64,000 nt of DNA from Octopus bimaculoides (lineage: Eukaryota), in the NCBI RefSeq assembly GCF_001194135.2, contig NC_068981.1, forward strand, positions 105,233,787 through 105,297,786. Direction: 5' to 3'. The notes below the pieces were generated by a model. It was given only the letters and a program-made list of their open reading frames with translations. It was not told where the DNA came from and searched no databases. This document shows, piece after piece, positions 10,102-22,379 of this stretch (position 1 is its first letter; every line of letters begins with the position of its first letter). Made by a program: the position numbers and the translations under genes.

Positions 10102-12094
10102 CTGCAATAGCTGGAGAATCTAATAATTATTTTATTTTACGTTAAAAACATTCTATATATATAACAAAAAAAAGAACATTACAAGTAATGCCAAATATTA
10201 CAAAATAAATAATTAATTCTGGTTTTAGAAAAAAATCAAGGCTGACATCCCAAAAAATTTTAATTATGTTTTCTCATTTAGGCACAAGACCAACAATCTG
10301 TGGGGAGGGACAAGTGGATTAAAGCGGCCGAAGTACATTCTGGTACTTTATTTTATCGACCCTGTAGGGATGAAAGGTAAAGCTAACCTCAGCGGGATTG
10401 AACTCCGAGCGTAATGGGCCATAACTCTACGCTGCAAGGCACGTTGCCCGATGCTTAGGCACAAGGCCAGCAATTTTAAGGGAGGAAGTCGATTAAACTG
10501 ACTCCCGTTACTAGTACAAAACAACAAACTCTGGGGAATTCATTATTATTTTGATTGACACAAATTGTGAATCAGCATGGAAAAAAAAGCAGAAGACAGG
10601 AATGGGAAGAAAACTTGAAGTGTTCTATTTGTTTTCATAACGCATGGAAGAAAAATATATATCCACAGTATATGTAGCCAACGTTCATGTGGTTGAGACT
10701 TCAACATTTTAGGGCATTGATAACCTTCAACCTTAAGAAGATCAATCGTTTCGAGACACAGCACACCTGCTTCATGACACATAGAAAACAAGGGAATTGT
10801 TGTCAGAAAATATGCTTTACAACCAGCCAGAGTTTATAAAATCTTGAGGCTGGACAACTGCTCCAGTCTGTAATATACGCGTGAGTTTACTCTTACTCCA
10901 CACTGTAGTCAACATATCTTCATTTTCAATTTCTCTACGATTTCGCTAACAATCACCAACATAAATCTCACACAAAGTAAGAACTTCAATGGCGAACTGT
11001 TTATCCTTACAGGACAGAATAAGGATTTAACATCAACACGACTCTAGTAATTTCGCTTTGAACTTTTTTTCATAACATCATGTGCGGGGCGTCGAAATTA
11101 TTCTATAGAAGAAAAGCAAGTACTTGCTATCGTGGTGAACAAATGCAAAGAGGAATACGATTCTGAATTAGAGTGAATGAAAGGGAAAACTCATTGGGAT
11201 GCTAAAAGGAAACGCCATGTCCCAGACACCCCAAAACAGAGATATCTCGCCAAAGCAGTTCGTTTGTTTAACTCGAATTTGGCCGATGTCAAAACCTCTG
11301 ACCGATTCTTTGATTTTGCTGTTAAAGTAACCAAACGCTGCTATGAAAAATGTCTGAAAGGTGAACTTGACAGCGCTGAAAAAAATCCAAAGAGACGAGT
11401 CGCTGGAGGAGGTCGTAAAACAAAAGCAGCAGGCGTGAGAGACGTCTTCTTTGAATGGTTTGTGAATGTTAGAACATCGCTGCATGTGAGATTACCACAA
11501 GCTCTTTTCCTATTGAATGCTGAGAAATTTTATGAGGAGTGGATTTGCGAACACCCAGATTACCCAACTAAGGAAAAGCTTTGTTTTTCAAAAAGCTGAA
11601 TGAAAGGTTGGCAAAGAGTATGGGGTATCACTGAAATTTCCATACAAACAAATTTCAATCTCCAAAGAGCATTTTAAAAAATCCCATAATTAGCAAATGT
11701 CTTATTTTTATTATCCAAATTTGAACGTTTGAAATACACGTATGTGCTAATTTCACTTAACTCTTGTTAAATTTATTTTGCCTCGTTATGTCGTTATATG
11801 TGTTTTAAGATGCTTTTTACCTAATTTTCGTACATACACTATACAATTTCTGATTCCCACCCACCTCCGTTTATTCCAACACCCCTCCCCTATTATTTGG
11901 GATCCGAGAATAAATAACTGGGTGTTAAAAAAAAATCAAGGAAGACAACCTAGAAGATTTTAAAATTTTATACAATTACCGACCTCCCCTCCCTCCATTT
12001 ATTCCAACCCACCTGCTTATATGAATTTAAGTAAATGTCCGACCTACTTGCTTATTCCAACCCCCACTATTATTTATGACCCAAGAGTATTCAT

Positions 12095-12420
12095 AATTGC
12101 TATCTGACTAGTTTTATCAATCTTTATCTTCATCAGATTCATTCTAATGTCTTGTTCCAGAGCAGATGTAATCAGTAATTCAGTTTTTTATTTCAGGTTT
12201 CCATCTCTAAGCCACAACCATCGTTTTTTCATTTCTATCATCCTTAATTTGTTGTATATAAACTGGCCATGCTATTCTTTTTTCTTTCTATTTGTTCTGT
12301 TCTTTATATTCTTGAAATCTTTCACTGTCCCAATGACTTTGATATTTCTAGCCACAGATAATAGTCTTTCCTCTCTATGAACAACATAGTTTTTCAGACA
12401 GAGACGAGTTGTTCCTTAAT
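12095..12420 (-). mobile_element. R4/Dong-like non-LTR retrotransposon C-terminal remnant
   Basis: Minus-strand translation HGQFI...RWLWLRDGNLK.KTELLITSALEQDIR resembles the HGQF...WLWL..G.LK.ETE..I.AAQ.Q motif. Confidence 0.65.
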
Positions 12421-12559
12421 TTTGTTTTATTTGACTATTTTGCGATGATTTATATTCAAAATATTTGCCCTGTGTCACATAAAGTCACACATTTAACCAG
12501 ATAGATGGAATATGTTTCATTCACAGACGTATAATAAGTAAACTTTCTCACTTTCCTCT

Positions 12560-14750
12560 TTCTGTCGAACACGGCCTTACTCAGAATAGGGCAGTGTAAA
12601 TGCATGTGGTCTGAGTTCGTCTTGGAAGCAGGGCCACTTACATTACAAGATATAAATGTAGTGGCTATAAGCAAGACCAGAATCCCTGATCTACAAGCCT
12701 TTGTGCCCATTTTCACTAGATACGAGATCCACTTATCTGCAAGTCTACTGAAATTGGAAAGGTGAGTTGCTATGTTGATTTAGAAATGTTTGGATCTTGT
12801 GATTCAAACTATCTTCTTGGATCCAGAAGGTAAGTTGATGTAACCAGCAGCAAAGGCCATATCTTCAGACTAGTAAATTGCTTACGACCCATCAGGGGTC
12901 AGACAGAGTATTTCCTGAGAACTTTCCATGCCTTAATGCTACTGAAAGACTGGAATGGTATCTTTCTGAATGAGGTTAGCTCATAGAAGAGGAACGTGCA
13001 ATGCTTCACAAACCTGCTCAGACGTTTCCAACTGACTGACAGGTACCACTAAATTTCCAGAATGTGCCAATGTGGACATGGACAAACCACATTAATGATG
13101 AGGAAAACTATCAACAACAAATGGTGGTTTAGCCCTGGAAATAGCAATTAAAGTAGAATCAATAAGGTTCAATAAGAAAATTGCAATACTGAAAACTATA
13201 TTAGAGACAGACCTAGTTAGAAACCCAGAAGAGACACTTCAGAAAGGCATTGCAACCAATGTACTTGCAACGAGATTGGCCCTTGGGCAATTCTTCAACA
13301 TGAAGAACAAAGAATATGTTATCAGAGTTAAGGCGCACACAAGGGTAGTGGGATGAAGGCCACCCAATAGGCCTTGATTGAAGCAGATGAAACATGGCAA
13401 TAAAGTCACAGTTCGATCTTTGATGGATCATGATGGTTGCATGTTACTTGAGCCGAAGCAGATGTATGTGGCTTTCCAGTGTTTGGGATGAGTGGCAGGT
13501 CAGCTCGCAGAATAGACTTCAGCGCCTACCTCGATAGCCTGCTGTGACTCTCAACGAGAGAGGTGAAGTGTTGCAAAAAGTCCATAACAAACAGGAAAAT
13601 ACGTGAAGCGATGGGTGGTTGCACCTGGAACAAATCACCTGGTTTGGATGGTCTGCCCAACAAGTTTTACTTTTACATACCAAACTTGTTTGGGGACCTC
13701 TTAGCAGATATCTACCACAACAATGACATAAAGGTAAGTATGGTTTTCCTAGACCCAGTTAGTTGTTCTTCATCATGAGCAGTAATGAGGGTGACTGCTA
13801 ACTTTGGACTAATGGCTGTCAACGCTCTGACAGATACCTGATGACCGAATTTCTTAAATGCCTAAATACCTTCAGAGGAGCATCTTGCTCATTAGTAATA
13901 GTTGGTATTTAGAATGAGATCTTGGATGCACACAAGTTATGTGAAAGTAGCTGACAGGAGAGTGAGAAGCAAAAATATCACATAACTTCTCAGACAATTA
14001 CAACTGTCTGACAGGTTTCACCATGATTTCCTTAATGCCGCGATGTGGACTTGAGCAAATTGCAGTGAGTCATACAGGTCATATTTAGAGAAGGCTTTCA
14101 ACATGTTAGCTGATGGACTTAGTATAAGTTGTCCCACAGTTTCAGGTACTTAGCTACTCAGACCTCAAACTTATGACCTTTACAGTCAATTTAGAAAAGA
14201 CAAATAGATAAGAACCCTGTTACTAGAAAATTAACGCGTTCTTCTTGGCACAGAATGATTTCAGAGATTGGTTTAGAGTAATGAAGTGAGAGTTGATGGC
14301 AACCATCATCAACAGTTGATTGGTTTCACTAAAAGAAAAATCAGTGAAACACTTGTTAGTTTTAGCAAAAATATACATATAGAGAACAATAGAGTAGAAG
14401 AGAATCTAATTAGTCACTTAGAAGAGGTTGAATCTATAGTGAAGATCAACGTGCTACCTTTCAGCAGGGAGTTGGTTGGGAGATGTGTCAAATATTTCTC
14501 TGCTTGATGTCTGTGGCTGAAGCAGTTGTATGGTGAACTTATTTGAAGTCCGGCATCTCTCTAGCCAAGCTCTCATCAACTTCTTCAAGAACCATTTGAA
14601 GAGGAAGGTGAGGATAAAGAAAGGGGTGCTGCCTTCTAATGTATTTATCAAAAGGTGAATGAGAATGGCAAGACTGGTGAGTCTGACTGCAACTATCCCG
14701 AGTATGCTTTTTTAAGTAGGACTGAAAAACCTGAGAGAGGACACTTTCGT
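12560..14750. mobile_element. Cluster of L1/Tx1-like LINE fragments in mixed orientation
   Basis: Plus strand 13590-13720 reads IREAMGGCTWNKSPGLDGLPNKFY (pre-RT motif). Endonuclease-like and C-terminal fragments lie on the minus strand at 12560-13450. Heavily decayed. Confidence 0.55.
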
Positions 14751-16835
14751 TGCCTCATGGATGGCAGAATAATCTGAACCTTTTGTGAGAAGTTTCCTCC
14801 GAATTATCCGAAGTGGATTGCCTCACTATTGGTAAAGCTCTTTCTTGTTGATTTTTCAATATTTTGTTATAACTTAGTCATATCCTTATTGTTGTTGGAT
14901 TCCTTTTGATCAATGTAAACTCCATCTATTGAGTGTTGTATTTCATCCTTTCATATAGTCCTCAATGTTTTGACTCCTATGTTGTTATTTGACAGAATCA
15001 GTAGAGCATTGGGAAAAAAATGCTTTACTATATTTATTCTGCTTCTTTACGTTCTGAGTTCAAATCTCGTCAAAATCTATTTTGCATTCCTTTTTTCCAG
15101 AGCCAATAAAATAAAGTACTGGAGTGAATGGTATTGACTAACACTCACCCCTCAAAAATTATTAATTTTTAGCCTAAATATATATATGATGTTACATCCT
15201 ATATTATTCCGAGTCTCTGAGTCTGCCATCAACTATTACTGCCTTCCATATAAAACATTTTGCAAGTTGTAAATAAACTTTGAAAAACAAAGCAACACAC
15301 TTTGTCTCCAAGTGCATTGAGTACACTTTTTTAATGCAGACACCTAAACCATTGAACTAAGAATATTTATACTACTGTATGCTTTTAACTGTTGAGATTG
15401 TGCAACTTCAGAATCACAATGAATAATTAATTACCTTGATCTTAACAGCCAAATAATAACAGTATAATTTAGACACAAACTATAAAAACTTAACCCACCC
15501 ATCCGTTGATGCTTGCCTTATATTCACCACCATATTGATTCTGTATTAGGTATTATTCCCTTTGCACCCATTCACTTCCTGACTTCCTTTTTACATCATT
15601 ATTTTAGTATTCATTTCCATTGAAGGTAGCAAGTTGACAGGATCATGCTTCACAGCACTTCTTTCAGCTCCCCATGTTCAAAAACCAAACACCACTGCTG
15701 TCAACTTTACCTTTTGTCCTTTCAACGTCGATAAAATAAGTACTAGTTAAGCACTGATGTCAATGTATCCTCCCGTAAAATTTCTAGTCTTGTGCCAAAA
15801 TCTGAAACCGTTGTTAATTTCCACCATTTACTCCTATTCTTTTACACAGAATAGAAAAAAAAAACATAGTCATAACCATGAGAAAGGCCCAACAGAAATA
15901 TCTATACTAAAAGATCAAGCATTTCATTAAAAGAATCAAATGGTGAGCATGACAAAGATGACATCACTCGGCAATCGGTGACTTCAACACTTTGTGGACA
16001 ACATATTTGAATGAAACAAAAATATTTAATTAGAAACTATAGAAACTACTTCCAGTCTAACTATAAAAGAGTCAAAGAACTAAATGACTTTCAGAGGATA
16101 TATGTCCACCCTGATACAGCTTAGAGCCTTTATGATATAGACAACTCTACAGTCTTCTGTAATGTCATCATAAGTGTTTGTCACAAGATAAACACAAGTG
16201 CCCTTAACTATATCTGAATGGAACGGAAGTTCTGCTGCCCCAAGAAGCTTATTTCACATTCAAGTTCCATAATATCAATTTACGTATTACCCCCAGTATC
16301 AAACTAACTGAGGTGGCCATATTAACAAATACTTACAAGACAGTATTATTTCACAAGTCAAGGATGCGTGTCACATGATATTATCTACTGGTTTCATGAC
16401 CTCTGGTACAAACAAGCTTCTGGAGTTTGACAATTCATCATCCAAGTCTACTCTGCTGTAGCCCAACTTTTGCTGGAAATAGTTCACTTGTATATAACAT
16501 TTTAAATACATAGTATTTGGTGTTGCTCTGTTGCTAATTAGTATGTTATTATGCTTGACATTATATATATATACTTAATGTCTAGTACTACTATGTAGAT
16601 AATTAGTACACCATTTTCGTTTTTTATCATGAAGAATGATGTCCTATATATGGTGCACAGTCCATTTTCAAAGATGGTTGGAGGTTCATAGAGCTTTATA
16701 TATTTAGTTAGTTGAAATTTGGTAACCAGGTATAAGTAGTGTTGGAAATATAGAAGTTAACATTAACCACTGATTACTCATTACTCCCTGACATTCAGAA
16801 GTTATCCCCCACCTCTCTCTCTTTGTGTGTGTGTG

Positions 16836-16874
<39 letters not shown>

Positions 16875-17118
16875 CTATATATATATATATATATATAAAG
16901 TCAGTAAATAGTGGGGTTGTGTTAACCGCACGTGGAAAAATAATAGGAAAATGAAAAATAATAATAAGGCAGAATGCTAAAATGAAAGCATATTTTAATA
17001 TAGATTTCTAACCGGCTTTCATTGTATGGCAAATTTTCAAGAAGAGGAAGATTGAAAATGTTTTTTACAAAAAAGTAAAAAAGGAAAAAAATAATATATA
17101 AAAAAAATAATATATAAA

Positions 17119-17730
17119 NNNNNNNNNNNNNNNNNNNNNNNNNNNNNNNNNNNNNNNNNNNNNNNNNNNNNNNNNNNNNNNNNNNNNNNNNNNNNNNNNN
17201 NNNNNNNNNNNNNNNNNNNNNNNNNNNNNNNNNNNNNNNNNNNNNNNNNNNNNNNNNNNNNNNNNNNNNNNNNNNNNNNNNNNNNNNNNNNNNNNNNNNN
17301 NNNNNNNNNNNNNNNNNNNNNNNNNNNNNNNNNNNNNNNNNNNNNNNNNNNNNNNNNNNNNNNNNNNNNNNNNNNNNNNNNNNNNNNNNNNNNNNNNNNN
17401 NNNNNNNNNNNNNNNNNNNNNNNNNNNNNNNNNNNNNNNNNNNNNNNNNNNNNNNNNNNNNNNNNNNNNNNNNNNNNNNNNNNNNNNNNNNNNNNNNNNN
17501 NNNNNNNNNNNNNNNNNNNNNNNNNNNNNNNNNNNNNNNNNNNNNNNNNNNNNNNNNNNNNNNNNNNNNNNNNNNNNNNNNNNNNNNNNNNNNNNNNNNN
17601 NNNNNNNNNNNNNNNNNNNNNNNNNNNNNNNNNNNNNNNNNNNNNNNNNNNNNNNNNNNNNNNNNNNNNNNNNNNNNNNNNNNNNNNNNNNNNNNNNNNN
17701 NNNNNNNNNNNNNNNNNNNNNNNNNNNNNN
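17119..17730. other. Assembly gap
   Basis: N run flanked by (TA)n. Confidence 1.
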
Positions 17731-17799
17731 TATATATATATATACGTATGTATGTATATATATGTGGTACTTTTTTAATAGATTTTTCATATTACCTTC

Positions 17800-19100
17800 T
17801 ATAGAATTTAGTTGTCATGTTCCAGCACAAAATCATATGTTATAGCTGACACTGCAAATGTGTGGATGGTGCAGATAGTGTTCCTGGTAGTGTGATGAAT
17901 TTTTAATATTTGAGTCTGTCAAGTTATTCATTTCTTGTTCTTGTTTGGACATTTTTCATGCACAGTTTTACTTTCATCTCTGCCCCAAAATTTGTATTGA
18001 AATTTCAAATCATCTGTTTCTCTGCTTCATTTTATTATTAGTTTCTTGCACTTCTTCAGCCCAAAGGACATCTTAATGTCTTTGCTAAACTATTTATACA
18101 ACTGCAACACACAGTTTTAGGCCATCCATGAGAATGAAAGGGTGTCTGAGCCTGATCCTCCCTTTCCATATAGTATCATAAGTTGATTTTTATTTTTAAT
18201 TAGTGAACTTTAATTTAACAAGCATAAACTCAAATGAAGAAGAAAAGTGCAATGCAAATACTATTCTCTTGAAATATCCTACTAGATATTTCTGAGAGGC
18301 TCAGCTTACAACTACAGTTTTGTTAATGAGGGTAAGAACTGTCTGCCATGCCTTGTTATTTTAATGACATTCACCATATTATCCTCACCATTGATGTACT
18401 TAAACATTTTGATAATACAATCATGCAAGACTGAATCCTAAGCTTTCCTTGTAGCTGATTTAGGGGCATGACAGGTTCTTTTTCATGCCTTGACATCATC
18501 CAGTACTATCTTGAGAACAAGAACCTGGTTAATTGCTCCAAACAACTATTGCATACATCCCTTATGCTTTACAGGAATAACATTTTTTAATATATGCTCA
18601 GTTATTCTATTGAATAGTATTTTAGAGATTACCAGCTGACAAATGTTGATGCAATTGTTACATGAATCATCTGCTGGTCTTTTCTTGGGGATCATTCTTG
18701 TAATACTTGTAAGGAGCTATTGAAGCACTTAGTCTGGGCTCTTTAAGAAGGTGTTGAAGATGGCTGTGCAGTACATCAAATGACTACCTTTATAAATTTC
18801 AGATATTATCAATATCAGAACATTTCCAGTTTTTTATGTTAACCTCATATCAAGTATTGCAGTACTGGAAGAGATGAGTTTTTTTATGTTTTATTGTTTT
18901 GTTTTATTTTTTTTCCAGTTTCTGTTGTTGCTATGAACTCTTCTTGCTAGATATTGTTTTCATTATATTTAAGTTTATTTTAAAAAATGAGTTTCCATAG
19001 TGTGTCATTGTTTTCTTACAATATTTCAAGGAACTGCATAAATATAAGGATTAGCTGTGTATGAATGATTAATTCAACAAAATATATTAACTAATAAGTA
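17800..19100 (-). mobile_element. R4/Dong-like RT remnant
   Basis: Minus-strand HPFILMDGLKL...DVLWAEEVQ resembles HLLYMDDLKL...FGLEKC. Many stops. Confidence 0.5.
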
Positions 19101-19365
19101 TTGTATTGATGTCCCTGATAGGTGTAAGGTAGTATTGTTAAATATTATTTGAAATGTACTTTGTATTCTATCATTGTCCTCAAAACATTAGCTTATATAG
19201 ATAGGTAGGTAGGTAGGTAGACAGGCAGGCATAACGAAGGTGGCTATAATCAATATAAAACCAAAAAGGAAAAATTCAGTTGTCACTAATTGTGACTGAC
19301 AGTGCAGAGTAGCACCTACATTGTTAGGAATAAGAGCTAAAAAGTCACCCCACAGTGAGTGAGAT

Positions 19366-19413
19366 CATCATACTAGTCTAGTTTCACTTTGAATTAAAAG
19401 CTCATCAGTGATG
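19366..19413 (-). ncRNA. Type I hammerhead ribozyme motif, near canonical
   Basis: catca-CTGATGA-gcttt(taattc)aaagt-GAAA-cta(gac)tag-TA-tgatg. All core nucleotides are present, with a 5-7 bp stem I, a 5-bp stem II closed by G.U, a palindromic stem III and a GUA triplet. Confidence 0.75.
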
Positions 19414-19749
19414 ACTACTTCATCGCTGAATAGTTTGGCTAAATCCCAACTGTCAGTATATAGTATTTACAATATGAATCGGACTTAGTCCTCAGTAAGG
19501 TTTTCAGAGTGTAAGTTCAAATCATTTGACCATTACAAAGTATTTTCTATATTAAGCATCTCTGTATCTCATCTGTTGACTCTATAAAGTTTATAACCAT
19601 TCAATGTAGAAGACTGGAGAGAGCTACTGTAGCTGTTCGAAATATTCAAGTTTTATATATTTCAGAAACTTATGAGATTTAAATTTCCAATGGCTGAGGA
19701 TTAGCATCATACTTTAGAACTTAAAGTGCCAAGGAATTTGAATCAAACT

Positions 19750-19900
19750 GTTTTGATCCATACATGATCTCAAGGGTGGATGGATGTCCTCTAACTTCTT
19801 TTACCATCCAATCACTAGTGGACCCTACACCCCTATGCTCTTTTGATAGCTGTGGCTGTTATGGGAAGCATTATGTCCAAGCTTGAATTCATACAAAACA
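19750..19900 (-). mobile_element. mariner transposase N-terminal remnant
   Basis: LYEFKLGHNAS matches the mariner HTH N-terminal motif. Confidence 0.6.
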
Positions 19901-20141
19901 AAGTAAATGCATTTTTTTTCTTTTTTTTCATGTTTGAAATTAAGGATTTCTATGCTTCAAAATTATATTCTGAGAGAAAGCAATGAAAATTTATGAAGAG
20001 GACACATCAATTATTAAGCATATAAAATTTCATCTAAAACTCTACAACAATAACATCTTAAATCGAATTTGAAAAAATGTTTTCAAAAAATCAAACACTA
20101 TTTTCCAAACAACCTAATATATGACGTAGAGAGCAAGTATT

Positions 20142-20330
20142 GGTTTCAAATTTTAGCACAAGGCAAGCAATTTCTGAGAAGGTTCGGTAGGTTGATTACA
20201 TCAACTCTAGTACTCGACTGGCATTTAATTCATTGGTCCCCTAAGGGATGAAAGGCAAAATCAATCTCGGTAGAATTTGAACTCAGAACATAAAGATGGA
20301 CAAAACACCACTAACAATTTCGCTCTGCAA
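20142..20330 (-). mobile_element. SINE family B copy
   Basis: ttagcacaaggc...gatgaaaggcaaaatcaatctcggtagaatttgaactcagaac. Confidence 0.8.
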
Positions 20331-20748
20331 GTATTGAACAACAAAGTTCTCTGAATTAGTAGCAAAGGAGGAATAAATCTCACAGTTGCTGTATCTTATA
20401 TTATGTATTAAAGATCTCTGAAACATAAGAGTAATCATCATCATAATTTAATGTCCATTTTCCATTCTGACATGGGTTGGGTAGTTTGACAGGAACTGGC
20501 AAGCCAGAAGATTATATCTGGCTCCACTGTCTGTTTTGGAATGTTTATATGGCTGGATTCCCTTCCTAACACCAACCACCTTACATATTAGTATTAAAGT
20601 GCTGGTACTGCATAGGGTGCCTTTACATCTTGAACTTTTCTACATCACTGCACTGAAATGAAATCATTTCAATTTACTATATTTTTCATCTATGAAGATA
20701 GATATTTTGTCTGGTTGAAGGAACCATGTATTTGTTCTTTATATTTAA

Positions 20749-21250
20749 CTAGCTGGCCCCATGCCATCAAAAATGACGGCTAATTGTAGTATTTTATATA
20801 TAAATAAGGTACAAAACCAAGTTTTTAGTTTAATAATTCTTTTATTACCAAATTTCTTGTGAAAAATCTATCTGCAGCTAACATCCCTTGACTGCTTGTT
20901 TCCTTTAAAAGAATTTTAAAGTTTTCCTTCCTTCTTGTACGATTTAAGGCTACATAAAGTTGGCCATGACTAAATACGGGAGCTGGCAAGTAAATACAAA
21001 CTTTTTTGAAGTGACATTTCCTTTCAATTGCACTCTCCATTACTATAACCAACCTAAACTCATATGGCCTAAAGCCACAAAAAGCTGTCCTTGCCTTATA
21101 GTTGATGTTGTAAAAACTCCCTATTAAAAATTTATTACATAAATTTCTTAATATAAATAAATTAGGCACATGTATGAACTGTTAAATGTGTATTTATAAT
21201 ATACTTCTCAACTGCAGTCATTTTATATTCTTGATACACTCAGGTAATAA
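20749..21250 (-). mobile_element. Helitron 3' fragment (PIF1 helicase C-terminus, terminal hairpin, CTAG end)
   Basis: KVCIYLPAPVFSHGQLYVALNR..TRNLVIKELL*. Hairpin gccgtcatttttgatggc (20763-20780) precedes a CTAG terminus at 20749-20752 that is followed by T. Confidence 0.85.
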
Positions 21251-21781
21251 TTATTTTCTCTAATGAGTTTGTATATGTTTGTGTAGATATGTGTAATTGT
21301 AATAATTATTTGTAACACAACAGATGGTAATATGGATGGTAATTAAATTAATACACTTCTCAATGTCATCTAGTGGTTTTCTTTTGGGATGTGACATTGA
21401 TCATCGTTTGTAACTGAAAGAATGCTGATTCACACATACAAACGTCCACATACTTCCCTTGTACATGCACACACATAAACTCATAGAGTTGAAACGCTGT
21501 TTGGTTTTTCTTTTCAGCATTGAATGTTCACCATCCCACTTCCATTACAAACACACACATACACAAACATTCACATACTTCCCTTTTACATACGCACACA
21601 TATACTTACACTGTTTGATTTTTTTCTTTCTTTCACCGTAGAATTCCCATCATCCCACTACCAAGTTTGCCATCACCCTTTCCTTTCTCATTCATATGTT
21701 GTGACAGAGAAAAACACAAAAGTATTATTATTGTAGATTAAATTTCATTAAACTTTATTATTTTTCAATTCACTTCAACAG

Positions 21782-21823
21782 ATTTCGTAACAATAGCATG
21801 TATTCTTGGAACAGGAATTCTTG
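21782..21823 (+). CDS. Amino-acid permease exon 3 ((Y)FVTIACILGTGIL(G); TM1)
   Basis: cacttcaacag|AT...CTT G|gtaagt. 42 nt, phase 1-1. Carries the APC TM1 G-x-G-I-L-G-L-P motif. Confidence 0.9.
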
Positions 21824-22196
21824 GTAAGTAAAAACATTTTTAAACGTTTTTGAACTTCTTCAAATTCTGAAAATTTTCTCTTTTTTTCCATTTACTATTG
21901 TTATTGTTGTTGCTGCTGCTGTTGTTGTTATTGTTAATAAGGTCATTAATTATATTTTCATAACAATTTGATGTGACAATTAATACACCCTTCCTTTGTA
22001 TTTTATTATCCATATATTTTTTAATTTGTCACCACTACCACCTTATAAAATATTAAACATGCACCTACCATTGGAAGTTTTGTTCATTCAAACATGTCAG
22101 CATTATCAGCCAATGTTATTTGTCAATGATTGCTTAATTACTTAATTAGGCAGGAAACTCAGAATTAATGTATTTTCTATGAGTGTATCACTTTAT

Positions 22197-22238
<42 letters not shown>

Positions 22239-22379
22239 ACATACAATAAGAGAGAGAAAGAGAGAAGAAATAAGTATTTTTGCATATTTTCTGTGATGTG
22301 GAATTGTAATTCTACCATATGCTTTTCATGAAAACAAATGTAATTTTTCTACGCATACCTTATGGAGTCTTTCTTATAA

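Larger units (their letters stand above)
9761..12087 (+). mobile_element. pogo-like DNA transposon with imperfect TIRs and TA flanks; decayed CENP-B-type HTH transposase N-terminus at 11177-11640
   Basis: TA-CTCTGGAGTCTTGAATAAT versus the reverse complement of the right end TA-CTCTTGGGTCATAAATAAT (17/21). ORF RRVAGGGRK...FFEWFVNVR...RLP. Contains a gap, a MITE and SINEs. Confidence 0.65.

Noticed and set aside
16995-17050. Very degenerate hammerhead echoes here, at ~44545-44590 and at ~45210-45250
   Set aside because: Several core positions are lost or the stems are missing, so they cannot be distinguished from chance.
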